64,000 nucleotides of DNA from Bradyrhizobium sp. (GTDB lineage Bacteria; Pseudomonadota; Alphaproteobacteria; Rhizobiales; Xanthobacteraceae), in assembly GCF_030697065.1 (NCBI RefSeq), contig NZ_JAUYQU010000288.1, positions 3,722 to 67,721 on the forward strand, given 5' to 3'. This document shows positions 1 to 9,523 of this stretch, one piece after another. The notes beneath the pieces are model-generated. The model was given only the letters and a program-made list of their open reading frames with translations. It was not told the DNA's origin and did not search any database. The stretch's first letter is position 1; every line of letters starts with the position of its first letter. The translations under genes were made by a program, and so were the position numbers.

Positions 1-995
1 TCGCCGGGGATACCGAACGCCATGATGGTCATCAGCGAGCCGGAGACATTGGCATTGTTGGAGGCTTCCGAGGCGATGATGCCCTCCGGATGGCCCTTGC
101 CGAAACGCTCGGGCGTCTTCGAGAATTTCCGGGCCTGGTCATAGGCCATGACGCTCGACGCGCTGCCGCCGATGGCGGGCAGGATACCGATGATCAGCCC
201 GACAATCGTCGACCACGCCAGCAGGAACGGCCGCTTGAAGATTTCCAGGTTCACCCCGAGGTGCGAGAAGCGCTCGAGCTTGACGCCGACCAGCGACGGC
301 ACCGGCTGGCCGCGCGGCCCATTGAGCTTCTCCAGATCGGTCATGATCTGCGCGAAGGCGAAAACGCCAATCAGCACCGGCAGGAACGGAAAACCACCGC
401 CGACGAATTCCGAGCCGAAAGTGAAGCGCGGCACGCTGCCGATCGGATCGTGGCCGACCACGGTGATCAGGAGCCCGATGGCGGTCGAGAGCAGCCCTTT
501 GAGCAGCGAAGCCTCGGTCAGCCCCGCCACCATCGCCATCGCCAGCACGAACAGCGAGAAATATTCCCAGGGTCCGAATTCCAGCGCGATCGCCGCCAGC
601 GGCCCGGTCAGGAACACGAGGAAGAGGGCGCCCAGCAGGCCACCCCAGACCGACGCCCATACGCCGAGCCAGATGGCGCGGCCCGGTTCGCCGTTGCGCG
701 CCATCGGAAAGCCGTCGAATGTGGTAGCGATCGAAGCCGGCGAGCCGGGGATACCGAGCAGACAGGCGGCGATCAGGCCGCCGGTCGAGCCGCCGACATA
801 GACGCCGGTCATCGCCGCCAGGCCCGCCAGCGGATCGAGCCCGTAGGTGAACGGCAGCACCACGATCACCGTCATGGTGATGGTGACGCCCGGAAGCGCG
901 CCGCCGATCACGCCGATGAAGGTGCCGGCAAACAAGGGCAACAGGTATTTCCACTGCGCGATGTTGACGAGACCGTTCGCGAGCAGATCGAGCAT
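1..995 (-). CDS. tctA: Tripartite tricarboxylate transporter large membrane subunit TctA (3' end outside window)
   Basis: Manual minus-strand translation from ATG at 995: MLDLLANGLVNIAQWKYLLPLFAGTFIGVIGGALPGVTITM...GIPGSPASIATTFDGFPMARNGEPGRA...EASNNA...FGIPGD. These are TctA motifs; the ATG abuts the tctB stop. Absent from the ORF track because it runs off the window. Confidence 0.93.
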   Translation of the reverse strand, partial: MLDLLANGLVNIAQWKYLLPLFAGTFIGVIGGALPGVTITMTVIVVLPFTYGLDPLAGLAAMTGVYVGGSTGGLIAACLLGIPGSPASIATTFDGFPMARNGEPGRAIWLGVWASVWGGLLGALFLVFLTGPLAAIALEFGPWEYFSLFVLAMAMVAGLTEASLLKGLLSTAIGLLITVVGHDPIGSVPRFTFGSEFVGGGFPFLPVLIGVFAFAQIMTDLEKLNGPRGQPVPSLVGVKLERFSHLGVNLEIFKRPFLLAWSTIVGLIIGILPAIGGSASSVMAYDQARKFSKTPERFGKGHPEGIIASEASNNANVSGSLMTIMAFGIPG

Positions 996-1472
996 CTAGA
1001 AGCCCGTCCATGCGCCGCGCGGCAGCAGCACCAGCAGGTATCGCTCGAACACGAAATAGCTCGCCATGGCGGTGCCTAGCGCGATCGCAGCAAGCACGAT
1101 CGATTGCCGTATCGTTCGCGGCTGACCCAGGGCAACCTGCAGCAGGCCGACGAACAGGACCGTCGCGAGGCGAAATCCCAGCAGCGGCAGCAACATCACA
1201 TAGAGGCCGACGATCGCGAAGGCGATCACGACCAGGCGGTAGTTTCGCCGCGGCAACTCGCCCGCTTCGACCGTGACGGGCGCGCGCTTCAAGATATCTT
1301 GCAGCACCAGCAGCGCGCTTGCGACTGCCATGAAGGACAGCACGATGGCCGGGTAAAAGCCCGGCCCGACCGGAACGATGGGAAGGGACGGAAGCTGGAA
1401 CGACTTGACCAGCAGCACCAGGCTGATCGCGAGCAGGACCAGCCCGGCAATTCCGTCGCGGCCTATGCTCAT
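996..1472 (-). CDS. tctB: TctB family small 4-TM subunit
   Basis: 158 aa, four hydrophobic segments, GPGFYP motif and C-terminal F..YL...LP.G; lies between tctC and tctA. Confidence 0.9.
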   Translation of the reverse strand: MSIGRDGIAGLVLLAISLVLLVKSFQLPSLPIVPVGPGFYPAIVLSFMAVASALLVLQDILKRAPVTVEAGELPRRNYRLVVIAFAIVGLYVMLLPLLGFRLATVLFVGLLQVALGQPRTIRQSIVLAAIALGTAMASYFVFERYLLVLLPRGAWTGF

Positions 1473-2431
1473 TTTTTGATCAGGCCGAGATCGGTCATGA
1501 TGGTCTTGCTCTCGCCGTCGATCCTGGCGAGGAACTGGGCATAATCAATGGCGCTGAGGTACGCCACGCGGGTGCCTTGCAACTTCATCGCCTGGGCGAA
1601 GCTCGGCTCCTTGACCGCCTTGGCGCAGGCTTCCTCCAGCTTGGCACGCACCGGCGCCGGCGTTCCCTTGGGCACCATCACGCCGCGCGCCACTTCGTAG
1701 ACGATGTTCATGCCGAGCTCCTTCAGCGTCGGCACATCGGGCGCTTCCGGATCGCGCTTCTCGCTGGCGATCGCAATAAAACGCAGCACGGCAGCCTCGA
1801 CCTTGCCCTTCTGCGTCAGGTTGGAATCGGTGAGGTTGATGTGGCCGCCGAGCAGCGCGTTCATCCGCGGCGCCAGGCCGTCATAGGACACGAATTTGAA
1901 CTTGATGCCGGCCGCCTTCTCGATCATGGCCGGGAAGATATGGCTGGTGGAGCCGAGCGTAGCGCCGACCGTGATCTCGCCCGGTCGCTTCTTGGCGTCG
2001 TCTGCGAGCTCCTGCCAGGTCTTCCACGGCGTCTTGGCGCTCGCAGTCAGCACCGAGGGCGTCGCCGCGACCAGGCAGACCGGCTCGAAGTCGCTGTACT
2101 TGACGTCGCTGATCCCTGCATAGAACGTCAGGTGGATATAGTCGTGCATCGCATAGACCGTGTAGCCGTCGGGCGCCGACTTCTGCGCCTCGCGCGCGCC
2201 GACGGTGCCGGACGCGCCGCCGACATTGGCGATGACGACCGGCTGGCCGAGATGTTTCTGGAATTCGACGGCGAAGGGCCGGAAGATGTTGTCGGTATCG
2301 CCGCCCGCGGCCCATGGCACGATCATCTTGATGGGGCGGTCGGGATATTGCGCCATCGCGGGCCCGGATAAGGCAGCCAGCACACCGGCCAGCGCAGCAA
2401 CGCCGGCCATCGTCACGAACGTCCTTGCCAT
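1469..2431 (-). CDS. tctC: TctC/Bug family periplasmic substrate-binding protein
   Basis: Signal peptide followed by YPDRPIKMIVPWAAGGDTD, NVGGASGTVG, PDGYT and PDVPTLKELG, all typical Bug motifs. Confidence 0.93.
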   Translation of the reverse strand: MARTFVTMAGVAALAGVLAALSGPAMAQYPDRPIKMIVPWAAGGDTDNIFRPFAVEFQKHLGQPVVIANVGGASGTVGAREAQKSAPDGYTVYAMHDYIHLTFYAGISDVKYSDFEPVCLVAATPSVLTASAKTPWKTWQELADDAKKRPGEITVGATLGSTSHIFPAMIEKAAGIKFKFVSYDGLAPRMNALLGGHINLTDSNLTQKGKVEAAVLRFIAIASEKRDPEAPDVPTLKELGMNIVYEVARGVMVPKGTPAPVRAKLEEACAKAVKEPSFAQAMKLQGTRVAYLSAIDYAQFLARIDGESKTIMTDLGLIKK

Positions 2432-2627
2432 TCGTCGTCTCCCCTGTGATTTTCGCGGGCCATTCCGGCTCTCGTTGGGACAATAGCAGCCGAGCCATGC
2501 ATGGGGAAGCCCCGCTGCGACAGCCCCGCCGCGAGGGCATCTCGGTCCTCATCGGGGAATGAGGCAGGTGGCGCGAGGCATCAATATCCTGGCGCGGGCG
2601 ACGCAGCCTTTGATTGATGTTCGAGGT

Positions 2628-2954
2628 TCAGGTGAGGCTGAAAAGGATCATTCCGGCTACCGTAACGATGCGTGCGAGGTCGGCCCAACGGCGCTCGCCC
2701 TCGTAGCGTCCGGCCGATCGCCAGACGCCGACCGTTGCAACGAAATTGTAGGGCACTGAAAGCACGTAACCGACGATAAGCGCCGCGACAATCTGATCGT
2801 TCATGACCAGCACCAGAAACAGGATCGACGTCGTCAGGTTGACCGCAATACCGCCGGCCACCGCCCATTTCCAGAACGCCTGCGGCAGCGGCAGATCCCC
2901 GTTCCAGAGGCGGCGCAAGGCGTTCACGCGGACCGACCCTGCATCGGACGGCAA
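2628..2954 (-). CDS. Small hypothetical membrane protein (~3 TM)
   Basis: 108 aa with LW.G.LPL..AFW..AV and VGVWRSA..Y patterns and three hydrophobic stretches; coding-like composition. Confidence 0.65.
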   Translation of the reverse strand: MPSDAGSVRVNALRRLWNGDLPLPQAFWKWAVAGGIAVNLTTSILFLVLVMNDQIVAALIVGYVLSVPYNFVATVGVWRSAGRYEGERRWADLARIVTVAGMILFSLT

Positions 2955-3133
2955 TGCACCAAAACTGAAAACAGAACGGTGGTCAGCATGATGTGCGCGG
3001 CTCAGTTGAATGGTCCAGAGGTTAGCTTAGCGTCGGACTTTGCGCCAGCGTGCACCACGATGGCGTGTCGGGAGTCTTGTCGCCCCAAAACTTGGCCGTC
3101 GAAAGGGGTATGCCTTTGCGATTCCGCGCGCCT

Positions 3134-3421
3134 TCAGGCGGCGAACTGCCGGGCCCAGAGCAAGATGCTCGGGCGGGACCCAATTTCATTCGCACAGGCA
3201 TCGGCTGCGAGCGATTGAAGCGGCTCAAACGCAGCGCCTGCGGTGTAGACAAGGCCCAGCATCACCGCCGCCAGGATTACTGGTTCCACACAGGAGTGAA
3301 GCCTCCTGCAAGTGCGTTGCCACCATCCCGGCATGGGAAATCGGTGAATTTGCCCATCAGGCGTCACGAGGTCGAACGTCCCGACGACACGAAGCGTTCG
3401 AGGTGCTCTGGTCGGCAACAT
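3134..3421 (-). CDS. Possible small hypothetical protein with one TM segment
   Basis: ATG at 3421 gives MLPTRAPRTLRVVGTFDLVTPDG...VILAAVMLGLVYTAGAAF. It fills an otherwise empty gap; no family recognised. Confidence 0.3.
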   Translation of the reverse strand: MLPTRAPRTLRVVGTFDLVTPDGQIHRFPMPGWWQRTCRRLHSCVEPVILAAVMLGLVYTAGAAFEPLQSLAADACANEIGSRPSILLWARQFAA

Positions 3422-3547
3422 TGGACATACTCCTCGCCCAATCGATCCGCTTTGAATCCTCGGTAATCTAGCATCGCGAGTCCCGGCAAGCCGCGCGATA
3501 CTTCGACGCACGCCGCGGTGAGTTCCATCACAACCCGGCGGGGACAG

Positions 3548-5302
3548 CTAACCGAGGGGCGCTGCGTCACGCCCTTGCCAAGCAAGCAATTGACGGATGA
3601 TTCCGAGTGCGATCTCCCGCTCCCCCATGATGATGAGATCGGCGCCCATGTTTTTCAGATGCTCCACCTCGGCGTCCGAATGAGCCCGTGCGATGATCTG
3701 GATGCCGGGATTGGCGGCGCGCGCCTGCTGCACGATCTGGCCTGCCTCGAATGTCCCCGGTATCGCAATCAGCAGATACCGGGCGGCGCCGAGATTGGCC
3801 GATTTCAGGACGTCGGAACGCGCGGCATTGCCAACGATGGTTTCGAAATTGCTATCCCGAAGCTTTGCCACCACGTTGTCCGCATCCTCGATGATGAGGA
3901 AGGGCCGACGGCTCTTTTGCAAGGCATCCGCTACGATGCTGCCGACGCGGCCATGGCCGACAAGGATGGTATGGCCTGTCAACTGCGTGGCATCGGGCGG
4001 ATCGGATGACGCTTCCGGCGCGGCGACCCGTGCTGTCGGCGCTTCTGCGCCGGGGTGGGAAATGCTGACAGCGCTCTCTCCGGACGGACGCTCGAGGCGT
4101 CGGGCCAGCCAGTCGACGGCGGCGAAGACCAGCGGATTGAGCATGATGGAGAGAATTGCGCCGGCCAGGATGAGGTCGCGTCCTGCCGTCGGCAGCAGAT
4201 TCAACTTGACGCCGAGTTCAGCCAGGATGAACGAGAATTCGCCGATCTGGGCGAGACTTGCCGAGATCGTCAGTGCCGTTCCCACCGGGTGGCGAAAGGC
4301 CAGCACGATGAGGAACGCGGCCACCGATTTTCCGACGATGATGATGAACAGTGTGGCGAGCAAAAGCCACGGCTCGCGCAGCAGGCTCGCAGGATCGAAC
4401 AGCATGCCCATGGAGACGAAAAACAGCACGGCGAAGGCGTCGCGCAACGGCAGTGATTCCTGGGCGGCGCGCTGGCTGAGTGGAGATTCGCTGAGGATCA
4501 TGCCGGCGAAGAACGCGCCGAGCGCCAGCGAAACGCCGAACAGCTTCGCAGCGCCGAACGCCACCGTCAGGGCGATGGCGAGAACGGCGAGGCGAAACAG
4601 TTCCCGCGAGCCGGTGTGGGCGATATAGTGCAGGATCCAGGGGATCACACGCCGGCCCACCACCAGCATGAAGCCGACGAAGACGCCGACCTTGACGAGG
4701 GTGAGCAGCAGCACGCCCGAAAAACCGAGATCGAGATAGGACGCCAGCGGATCCGCGACCGGCGAGTTGCTGCCCACGCCGAACATCCCGGCCAGGGCCG
4801 GTAGCAGAACCAGCGCAATCACCATCGCGAGGTCTTCCACGATCAGCCAACCGACCGCGATGCGCCCGCGTTCGGTTTCCATCAGACGGCGCTCCTGGAT
4901 GGCCCGGAGCAAAACCACGGTGCTTGCGACCGACAGGGCCATTCCGAATACGAGACCGGCACCGACCGTCCATCCCAGCAACAGCGCCAGGCCCAATCCC
5001 ATCAGGGTGGCGACGGCGATCTGGACCACCGCTCCGGGCAACGCGATCGCGCGCACGGACAGCAGGTCCTTGAGCGAGAAGTGGAGACCAACTCCGAACA
5101 TCAGGAGAATGACGCCCAGTTCCGCCAACTCGGTCGCCAGCGCCTGATCCGCCACGTAGCCCGGCGTAAATGGCCCGACGGCGACGCCGGCCAGCAGGTA
5201 ACCAACCAGCGGCGGCAACCGAAGACGATGGGCCAGCGCGCCAAACACGAAGGCCAGTCCGAGACCGGCGACGATGGTGGCGATAAGCGGCGTATGGTGC
5301 AT
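3548..5302 (-). CDS. ybaL: YbaL/Kef-type CPA2 cation:proton antiporter with C-terminal KTN/RCK domain
   Basis: Starts MHHTPLIATIVAGLGLAF (ATG 5302); LAELGVILLMFGVGLHFS, LSVASTVV, QIGEFSFIL; C-terminal ILVGHGRVG Rossmann motif and IIARAH. Confidence 0.9.
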   Translation of the reverse strand: MHHTPLIATIVAGLGLAFVFGALAHRLRLPPLVGYLLAGVAVGPFTPGYVADQALATELAELGVILLMFGVGLHFSLKDLLSVRAIALPGAVVQIAVATLMGLGLALLLGWTVGAGLVFGMALSVASTVVLLRAIQERRLMETERGRIAVGWLIVEDLAMVIALVLLPALAGMFGVGSNSPVADPLASYLDLGFSGVLLLTLVKVGVFVGFMLVVGRRVIPWILHYIAHTGSRELFRLAVLAIALTVAFGAAKLFGVSLALGAFFAGMILSESPLSQRAAQESLPLRDAFAVLFFVSMGMLFDPASLLREPWLLLATLFIIIVGKSVAAFLIVLAFRHPVGTALTISASLAQIGEFSFILAELGVKLNLLPTAGRDLILAGAILSIMLNPLVFAAVDWLARRLERPSGESAVSISHPGAEAPTARVAAPEASSDPPDATQLTGHTILVGHGRVGSIVADALQKSRRPFLIIEDADNVVAKLRDSNFETIVGNAARSDVLKSANLGAARYLLIAIPGTFEAGQIVQQARAANPGIQIIARAHSDAEVEHLKNMGADLIIMGEREIALGIIRQLLAWQGRDAAPLG

Positions 5303-5677
5303 GCTTGATCCCCTGCGGTTCCATCTTCGCCCGCATTTTGCCATGGGCGTTCGTCCACTTCCTGCGACCAAGTGAGGCGGAAAGCGGCCCAGGTTCAGGC
5401 GTCAGCACGTGACGCGATATCCCGGAACGAATGGTTCCGGGTCCGAAACGCGGATCCGGCATCAATATTTCGGGCGATTGGCGCCGCAGCGGCAGACTCC
5501 GTTTCGGTGTTGTCTGCCGTAACCGAAGTTCGAAATGGTGCATTTTCCTGCAAGTTGGATTCCCTATCCCCCGTTGATCTACGGATAGGCAAGTTAACTG
5601 ACGGTTCGCTCTTTTTGACAATCATGCCGTGTGCGGTGCTGCAACCGCGTCCAAATCAATCGATCCGGAGAGAGAAC

Positions 5678-6145
5678 GTGAACAACTGGTCAACGAAGGT
5701 GCTCGTTTCAGGACTTACAGCCATGTTCATAGGCGCAGGCGCCGCCATGGCTGCCGATGGTGCGGGCAAGGATGACGCCATTGCGATGGTCAAGAAGGCC
5801 GTCAGCTTCATCAAGGAAAAGGGCGCCGACAAGGCCTATCCCGAATTCACCGGCAAGGCCGCCGGCTTCGTCGATCGCGACTTGTACGTCGTGGTCTATC
5901 AGCTCGACGGCAAGGTGCTGGCCCACGGCTCCAACGCCAAATTCGTCGGCAAGGACCTGATCGATGCGCAGGACGTCGACGGCAAGCTCTATGTCAAGGA
6001 ACGGGTGGAAATGGCCGCCAAGCAGCCCACGTTCTGGCAGGACTACAAGTTCGTCAATCCGGTCAGCAAGAAGGTCGAGCCGAAGCAGATGTACTGCGAG
6101 AAGGTCGACAACACGGCGGTGTGTGCAGGCATCTACAAGCTCTGA
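5678..6145 (+). CDS. Stand-alone periplasmic single Cache (sCache_2-like) domain protein
   Basis: GTG at 5678 after GGAGAGAG; signal peptide ending AMAA; DLYVVVY..DG.VLAHG...VGKDL....D.DGK..V....W.DYKF.NP..K.V.PK.. The longer ORF-track start at 5372 is an unlikely extension. Confidence 0.8.
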   Translation: MNNWSTKVLVSGLTAMFIGAGAAMAADGAGKDDAIAMVKKAVSFIKEKGADKAYPEFTGKAAGFVDRDLYVVVYQLDGKVLAHGSNAKFVGKDLIDAQDVDGKLYVKERVEMAAKQPTFWQDYKFVNPVSKKVEPKQMYCEKVDNTAVCAGIYKL

Positions 6146-6194
6146 CGCATGACGATCGGTATTGCCACGGCGACCGCCGCCCCGAAGGATTGAT

Positions 6195-7907
6195 ATGTTC
6201 GCCTGGATCAAAAATATCGGGCTGTCCTGGAAAGTTCAGCTCGCGCCGACATTCCTGATTCTGGTCCTGATCGGCGTCGGCGTCTATGCCTTGCAGGCGC
6301 TGCGTTCGAACCAGACCGCGGTCGATGCACTGGTCGCCGGGCCGATGCGGCAATCCGAACTGGCCAGCGAACTCACCACGACGACCTGGATGGCGCATGC
6401 CAGGCTGTACCGACTGGCGGCGACCGCCGCCAATGAGACCGATACCAGGAAAGTCGAGGCCTTCTCCAAGGAAGCTTCCGCGGCCGCCTCGAAGATCTCG
6501 GAAGCCCTGAAGGCGGTCGAAGCCGCCCAGGGCGGAACCCAATCCGGTGGCAAACCGGATGGCCTGCAAAAACTGAAGACGGCCGTCGCCGGCTATCTCA
6601 AGCAGTCGAAGAACGCCATCGAGATGGCCGATGGCGACACCGGGTCGGCGATGATGTTCATCAAGGGCGCGGAACGCAATTTCGCCGATATCGAGAAATT
6701 GACCGACGATCTGATCACACGCTCGATCGACAGCAAGGATCGCGAGATCGCCCGAGCCGGAATCAAACTGGAACAGCAGCAGTTGACGCTGATGGCCGTG
6801 CTGCTGGTGGTGGCCTTCGCCGGCATCGTGGTTTCGTTCCTGATCGGCCGCAACATCTCTCGCCCGGTAGTGGCGATGTCGAAGGCGATGCGCGAACTCG
6901 CGGTCGGCAATTTCGATGTCCAGTTGCCTGGCCTCGATCGCCGCGACGAAGTCGGCCAGATGGCCCGAGCGGTCGAGGAATTCAAGGTGCAGGCCATAGG
7001 CAAGGCCGAACGCGACACCGCCGAGCGCGAGCACAAGAATCGTGAACTGGCCGTCGCCCGCCGCGCCGAACTGCATAACCTCGCCGAGAGTTTCGAGATC
7101 GCGGTCGGCAACATCATCGAAAACGTCGGCGCCGCATCGGGCGAATTGGAAAACTCGGCCGTCATCCTGACCAACAGCAGCACGGCCACCCAGGAGCTTT
7201 CGACCGTGGTAACGGCGGCTTCGGAAGAGACATCTGCCAACGTGCAGTCGGTTGCCTCGGCCACCGAAGAAATGGCCTCTTCCATCAACGAAATCGGCCG
7301 CCAGGTCGCGGATTCCAACAGAATCGCCACCGAGGCGGTCGAGCAGGCGGGAAAGACCGACGCGCGGATCGCCGAATTGTCGCTGGCTGCCAGCCGCATC
7401 GGCGACGTCACCCAGCTGATCACCTCGATCGCGGCACAGACCAATCTGCTCGCGCTCAACGCCACCATCGAAGCCGCCCGCGCCGGCGAGGCCGGCCGCG
7501 GCTTTGCCGTGGTCGCGCAGGAGGTCAAGGCGCTGGCGTCGCAGACCGCCAAGGCTACCAGCGAGATATCGACCCAGATCGCCGGCATGCAGGCGGCAAC
7601 CCGGGACTCGGTGGTCGCCATCAAGGAAATCTACGGCACGATCGGGCAGGTCTCCGAGATCGCCTCGGCGATCGCTGCCGCCATTGAGCAGCAGGGTGCG
7701 GCGACCCAGGAGATCGCCCGCAACGTGCAGCAGGCGGCGGTCGGTTCCACCCAGGTCGCGAACTCGATCGCGGACGTCAACCGCGGCGCCAGCGATACCG
7801 GAACCGCCTCTTCGCAGGTGCTGGCGTCGGCGCAGTTGCTGTCCAGCGAAAACAAGCGACTGAAGACCGAAGTGGTCAAATTCCTCTCCACCGTGCGGGC
7901 TGCGTAG
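6195..7907 (+). CDS. Methyl-accepting chemotaxis protein (TM-periplasmic helical domain-TM-HAMP-signalling domain)
   Basis: ATG 6195; two TM helices; HAMP ([16 protein letters not shown]); signalling hairpin [37 protein letters not shown]. Confidence 0.95.
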   Translation: MFAWIKNIGLSWKVQLAPTFLILVLIGVGVYALQALRSNQTAVDALVAGPMRQSELASELTTTTWMAHARLYRLAATAANETDTRKVEAFSKEASAAASKISEALKAVEAAQGGTQSGGKPDGLQKLKTAVAGYLKQSKNAIEMADGDTGSAMMFIKGAERNFADIEKLTDDLITRSIDSKDREIARAGIKLEQQQLTLMAVLLVVAFAGIVVSFLIGRNISRPVVAMSKAMRELAVGNFDVQLPGLDRRDEVGQMARAVEEFKVQAIGKAERDTAEREHKNRELAVARRAELHNLAESFEIAVGNIIENVGAASGELENSAVILTNSSTATQELSTVVTAASEETSANVQSVASATEEMASSINEIGRQVADSNRIATEAVEQAGKTDARIAELSLAASRIGDVTQLITSIAAQTNLLALNATIEAARAGEAGRGFAVVAQEVKALASQTAKATSEISTQIAGMQAATRDSVVAIKEIYGTIGQVSEIASAIAAAIEQQGAATQEIARNVQQAAVGSTQVANSIADVNRGASDTGTASSQVLASAQLLSSENKRLKTEVVKFLSTVRAA

Positions 7908-7973
7908 TCCCGCATCCGGTGCTAGTCTTCGAAAACCGTCGCGCCTCGGGAGGTTGACGGGTTCGGAGTCCTC

Positions 7974-9356
7974 ATGATCTATCGACACGCCATCGACGCC
8001 ACCACTTACGTGTTCGATGATCTGCGCGATCTGCTCGCCAAGGCGACGCCGCCGCGCTCCGGCGACCGCCTCGCGGGGGTCGCGGCCGAAAGTGCCGCGC
8101 AAATGATCGCGGCCCGGATCGCGCTATCCGACGTTCCGCTCAAGCAGTTCCTGCAGGAGACCGTCGTTCCCTATGAAAGCGATGAAGTCACCCGGCTGAT
8201 CGTCGACAGCCACGACGCCGCGGCCTTCGCCGTCATATCCTCGCTGACGACAGGCGGATTCCGCGACTGGCTGTTGTCCGACGCAGCCACTCCGATGGTT
8301 CTGGCAAACCTGTCGCGCGGCATCACCCCTGAAATGGCCGCGGCGGTGTCGAAACTGATGCGCAACCAGGACCTGATCCTGGTCGCGAAAAAATGCCAGG
8401 TAACGTCGGCCTTTCGCAACACTATCGGCCTGCGCGGCCGGCTCAGCGTGCGGCTGCAGCCCAATCATCCCTTCGACGACGCCGGGGGCATTACCGCGTC
8501 GATCCTCGACGGCATCCTGCTCGGATCCGGCGACGCCTGTATCGGCATCAATCCGGCCAGCGACGATCCCGCGGTCATCGGCGGCCTGCTGCGGTTGCTC
8601 GACGATATCATCGCGCGGCTGCAGATCCCGACGCAGGGCTGCGTCCTGACTCATGTCACCACGACGCTCGGATTGATCGACCGCGGTTTTCCGGTCGATC
8701 TGGTGTTTCAGTCGATCGCGGGCACCCAGGCGGCGAACCGGAGTTTCGGCGTCGATCTTGCGCTGCTGCACGAGGCCCATCAGGCCGGGCTGTCGTTGCG
8801 TCGCGGCAATGTCGGCAGCAATGTGATGTATTTCGAAACCGGGCAGGGGTCGGCGCTTTCTGCCAACGCCCACCACGGCGTCGACCAGCAGACCCTGGAG
8901 GCGCGGGCCTATGCGGTGGCGCGCGCCTTCGATCCGCTGCTGGTCAACAGCGTGGTCGGCTTCATCGGCCCGGAATATCTCTATGACGGCAAGGAGATTA
9001 TCCGCGCCGGGCTGGAGGACCATTTCTGCGGCAAGCTGCTCGGCCTGCCGCTTGGCGTCGATGTTTGCTACACCAACCACGCCGAAGCCGACCAGGACGA
9101 CATGGACAATTTGCTGACGCTGCTTGCCGCCGCCGGGGTCACCTTCATCATGGGGGTGCCGGGGGCAGACGATGTCATGCTGAACTACCAGTCCACTTCC
9201 TTTCATGACGCCCTCTATGTCCGCGATCTGTTCGGCCTGAAGCGGGCGCCGGAATTCGACGACTGGCTGGTACGCTCGGGGCTGGCCGGTGAAGACTTTC
9301 GGCTCGCCGGGCATACGGGGCTGCTACCCGATTTTGCATCGCGGCTGCTGGCTTGA
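7974..9356 (+). CDS. eutB: Ethanolamine ammonia-lyase large subunit
   Basis: LLAKATPPRSGDRLAGVAA, RLQPNHP.DD, YFETGQGSALSA, VVGFIGPEYLYDGKEIIRAGLEDHFCGKL, DDVML.YQSTSFHD. Confidence 0.96.
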   Translation: MIYRHAIDATTYVFDDLRDLLAKATPPRSGDRLAGVAAESAAQMIAARIALSDVPLKQFLQETVVPYESDEVTRLIVDSHDAAAFAVISSLTTGGFRDWLLSDAATPMVLANLSRGITPEMAAAVSKLMRNQDLILVAKKCQVTSAFRNTIGLRGRLSVRLQPNHPFDDAGGITASILDGILLGSGDACIGINPASDDPAVIGGLLRLLDDIIARLQIPTQGCVLTHVTTTLGLIDRGFPVDLVFQSIAGTQAANRSFGVDLALLHEAHQAGLSLRRGNVGSNVMYFETGQGSALSANAHHGVDQQTLEARAYAVARAFDPLLVNSVVGFIGPEYLYDGKEIIRAGLEDHFCGKLLGLPLGVDVCYTNHAEADQDDMDNLLTLLAAAGVTFIMGVPGADDVMLNYQSTSFHDALYVRDLFGLKRAPEFDDWLVRSGLAGEDFRLAGHTGLLPDFASRLLA

Positions 9357-9406
9357 GGCGTCAGGACCGCGCCGCAGCGGGCATGCAACCATCCGGCCGC
9401 TGGCGA

Positions 9407-9480
9407 GTTGGGAACGGCCGCGCCAATGTTGAAGAACCCCGCCACAATGTTGAAGAATTTGTAGCCCAGCGTTGAAGCAC
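9407..9480 (+). repeat. Four phased direct repeats, consensus GTTGAAGAAC, 21/21/22 bp apart, upstream of hpnP
   Basis: GTTGGGAAC at 9407, GTTGAAGAAC at 9428, GTTGAAGAAT at 9449, GTTGAAGCAC at 9471. The middle two share CAATGTTGAAGAA exactly (9424-9436, 9445-9457). Confidence 0.75.
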
Positions 9481-9523
9481 GTGCTTAACTTGGCGGCCGG
9501 CAGGTTTACAGGCGTTAGGAAGT

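Noticed and set aside
5421-5441. CCCGGAAC-N5-GTTCCGGG as an EcfG promoter
   Set aside because: Neither GGAAC copy has GTT at the required distance; only a short GC-rich inverted repeat of unknown meaning.
5372-5677. N-terminal extensions given by the ORF track (also 17439, 20532, 38529, 49163, 54527, 58379)
   Set aside because: They overlap upstream genes or promoters and lack family similarity; downstream starts with RBS or stop/start overlap were used instead.
6063-8102. Long antisense ORFs (also 19006-20745, 27849-29171, 33914-35866, 54647-56083, 60044-62002 and others)
   Set aside because: Shadow frames opposite well-supported genes, expected in high-GC DNA; no recognisable motifs.
9385-9409. 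EcfG promoter for hpnP (GCAAC-N16-AGTT)
   Set aside because: Two mismatches to GGAAC-N16-CGTT; the true GGAAC at 9411 has GTT only 12 nt later. Too weak to call.
9407-9480. Mini CRISPR array
   Set aside because: Units are about 10 bp with 11-12 bp spacers, far below CRISPR dimensions, and no cas genes are present.
9357-9523. Cobalamin riboswitch upstream of hpnP (GGGAA...CCCCGCCAC resembles B12-box fragments and both flanking enzymes use B12)
   Set aside because: The GCCACTG/ACTGTA and downstream AGYCAG elements are missing and I could not fold the core helices; the phased repeats explain the sequence better. An Infernal scan with the Rfam cobalamin models would settle it.
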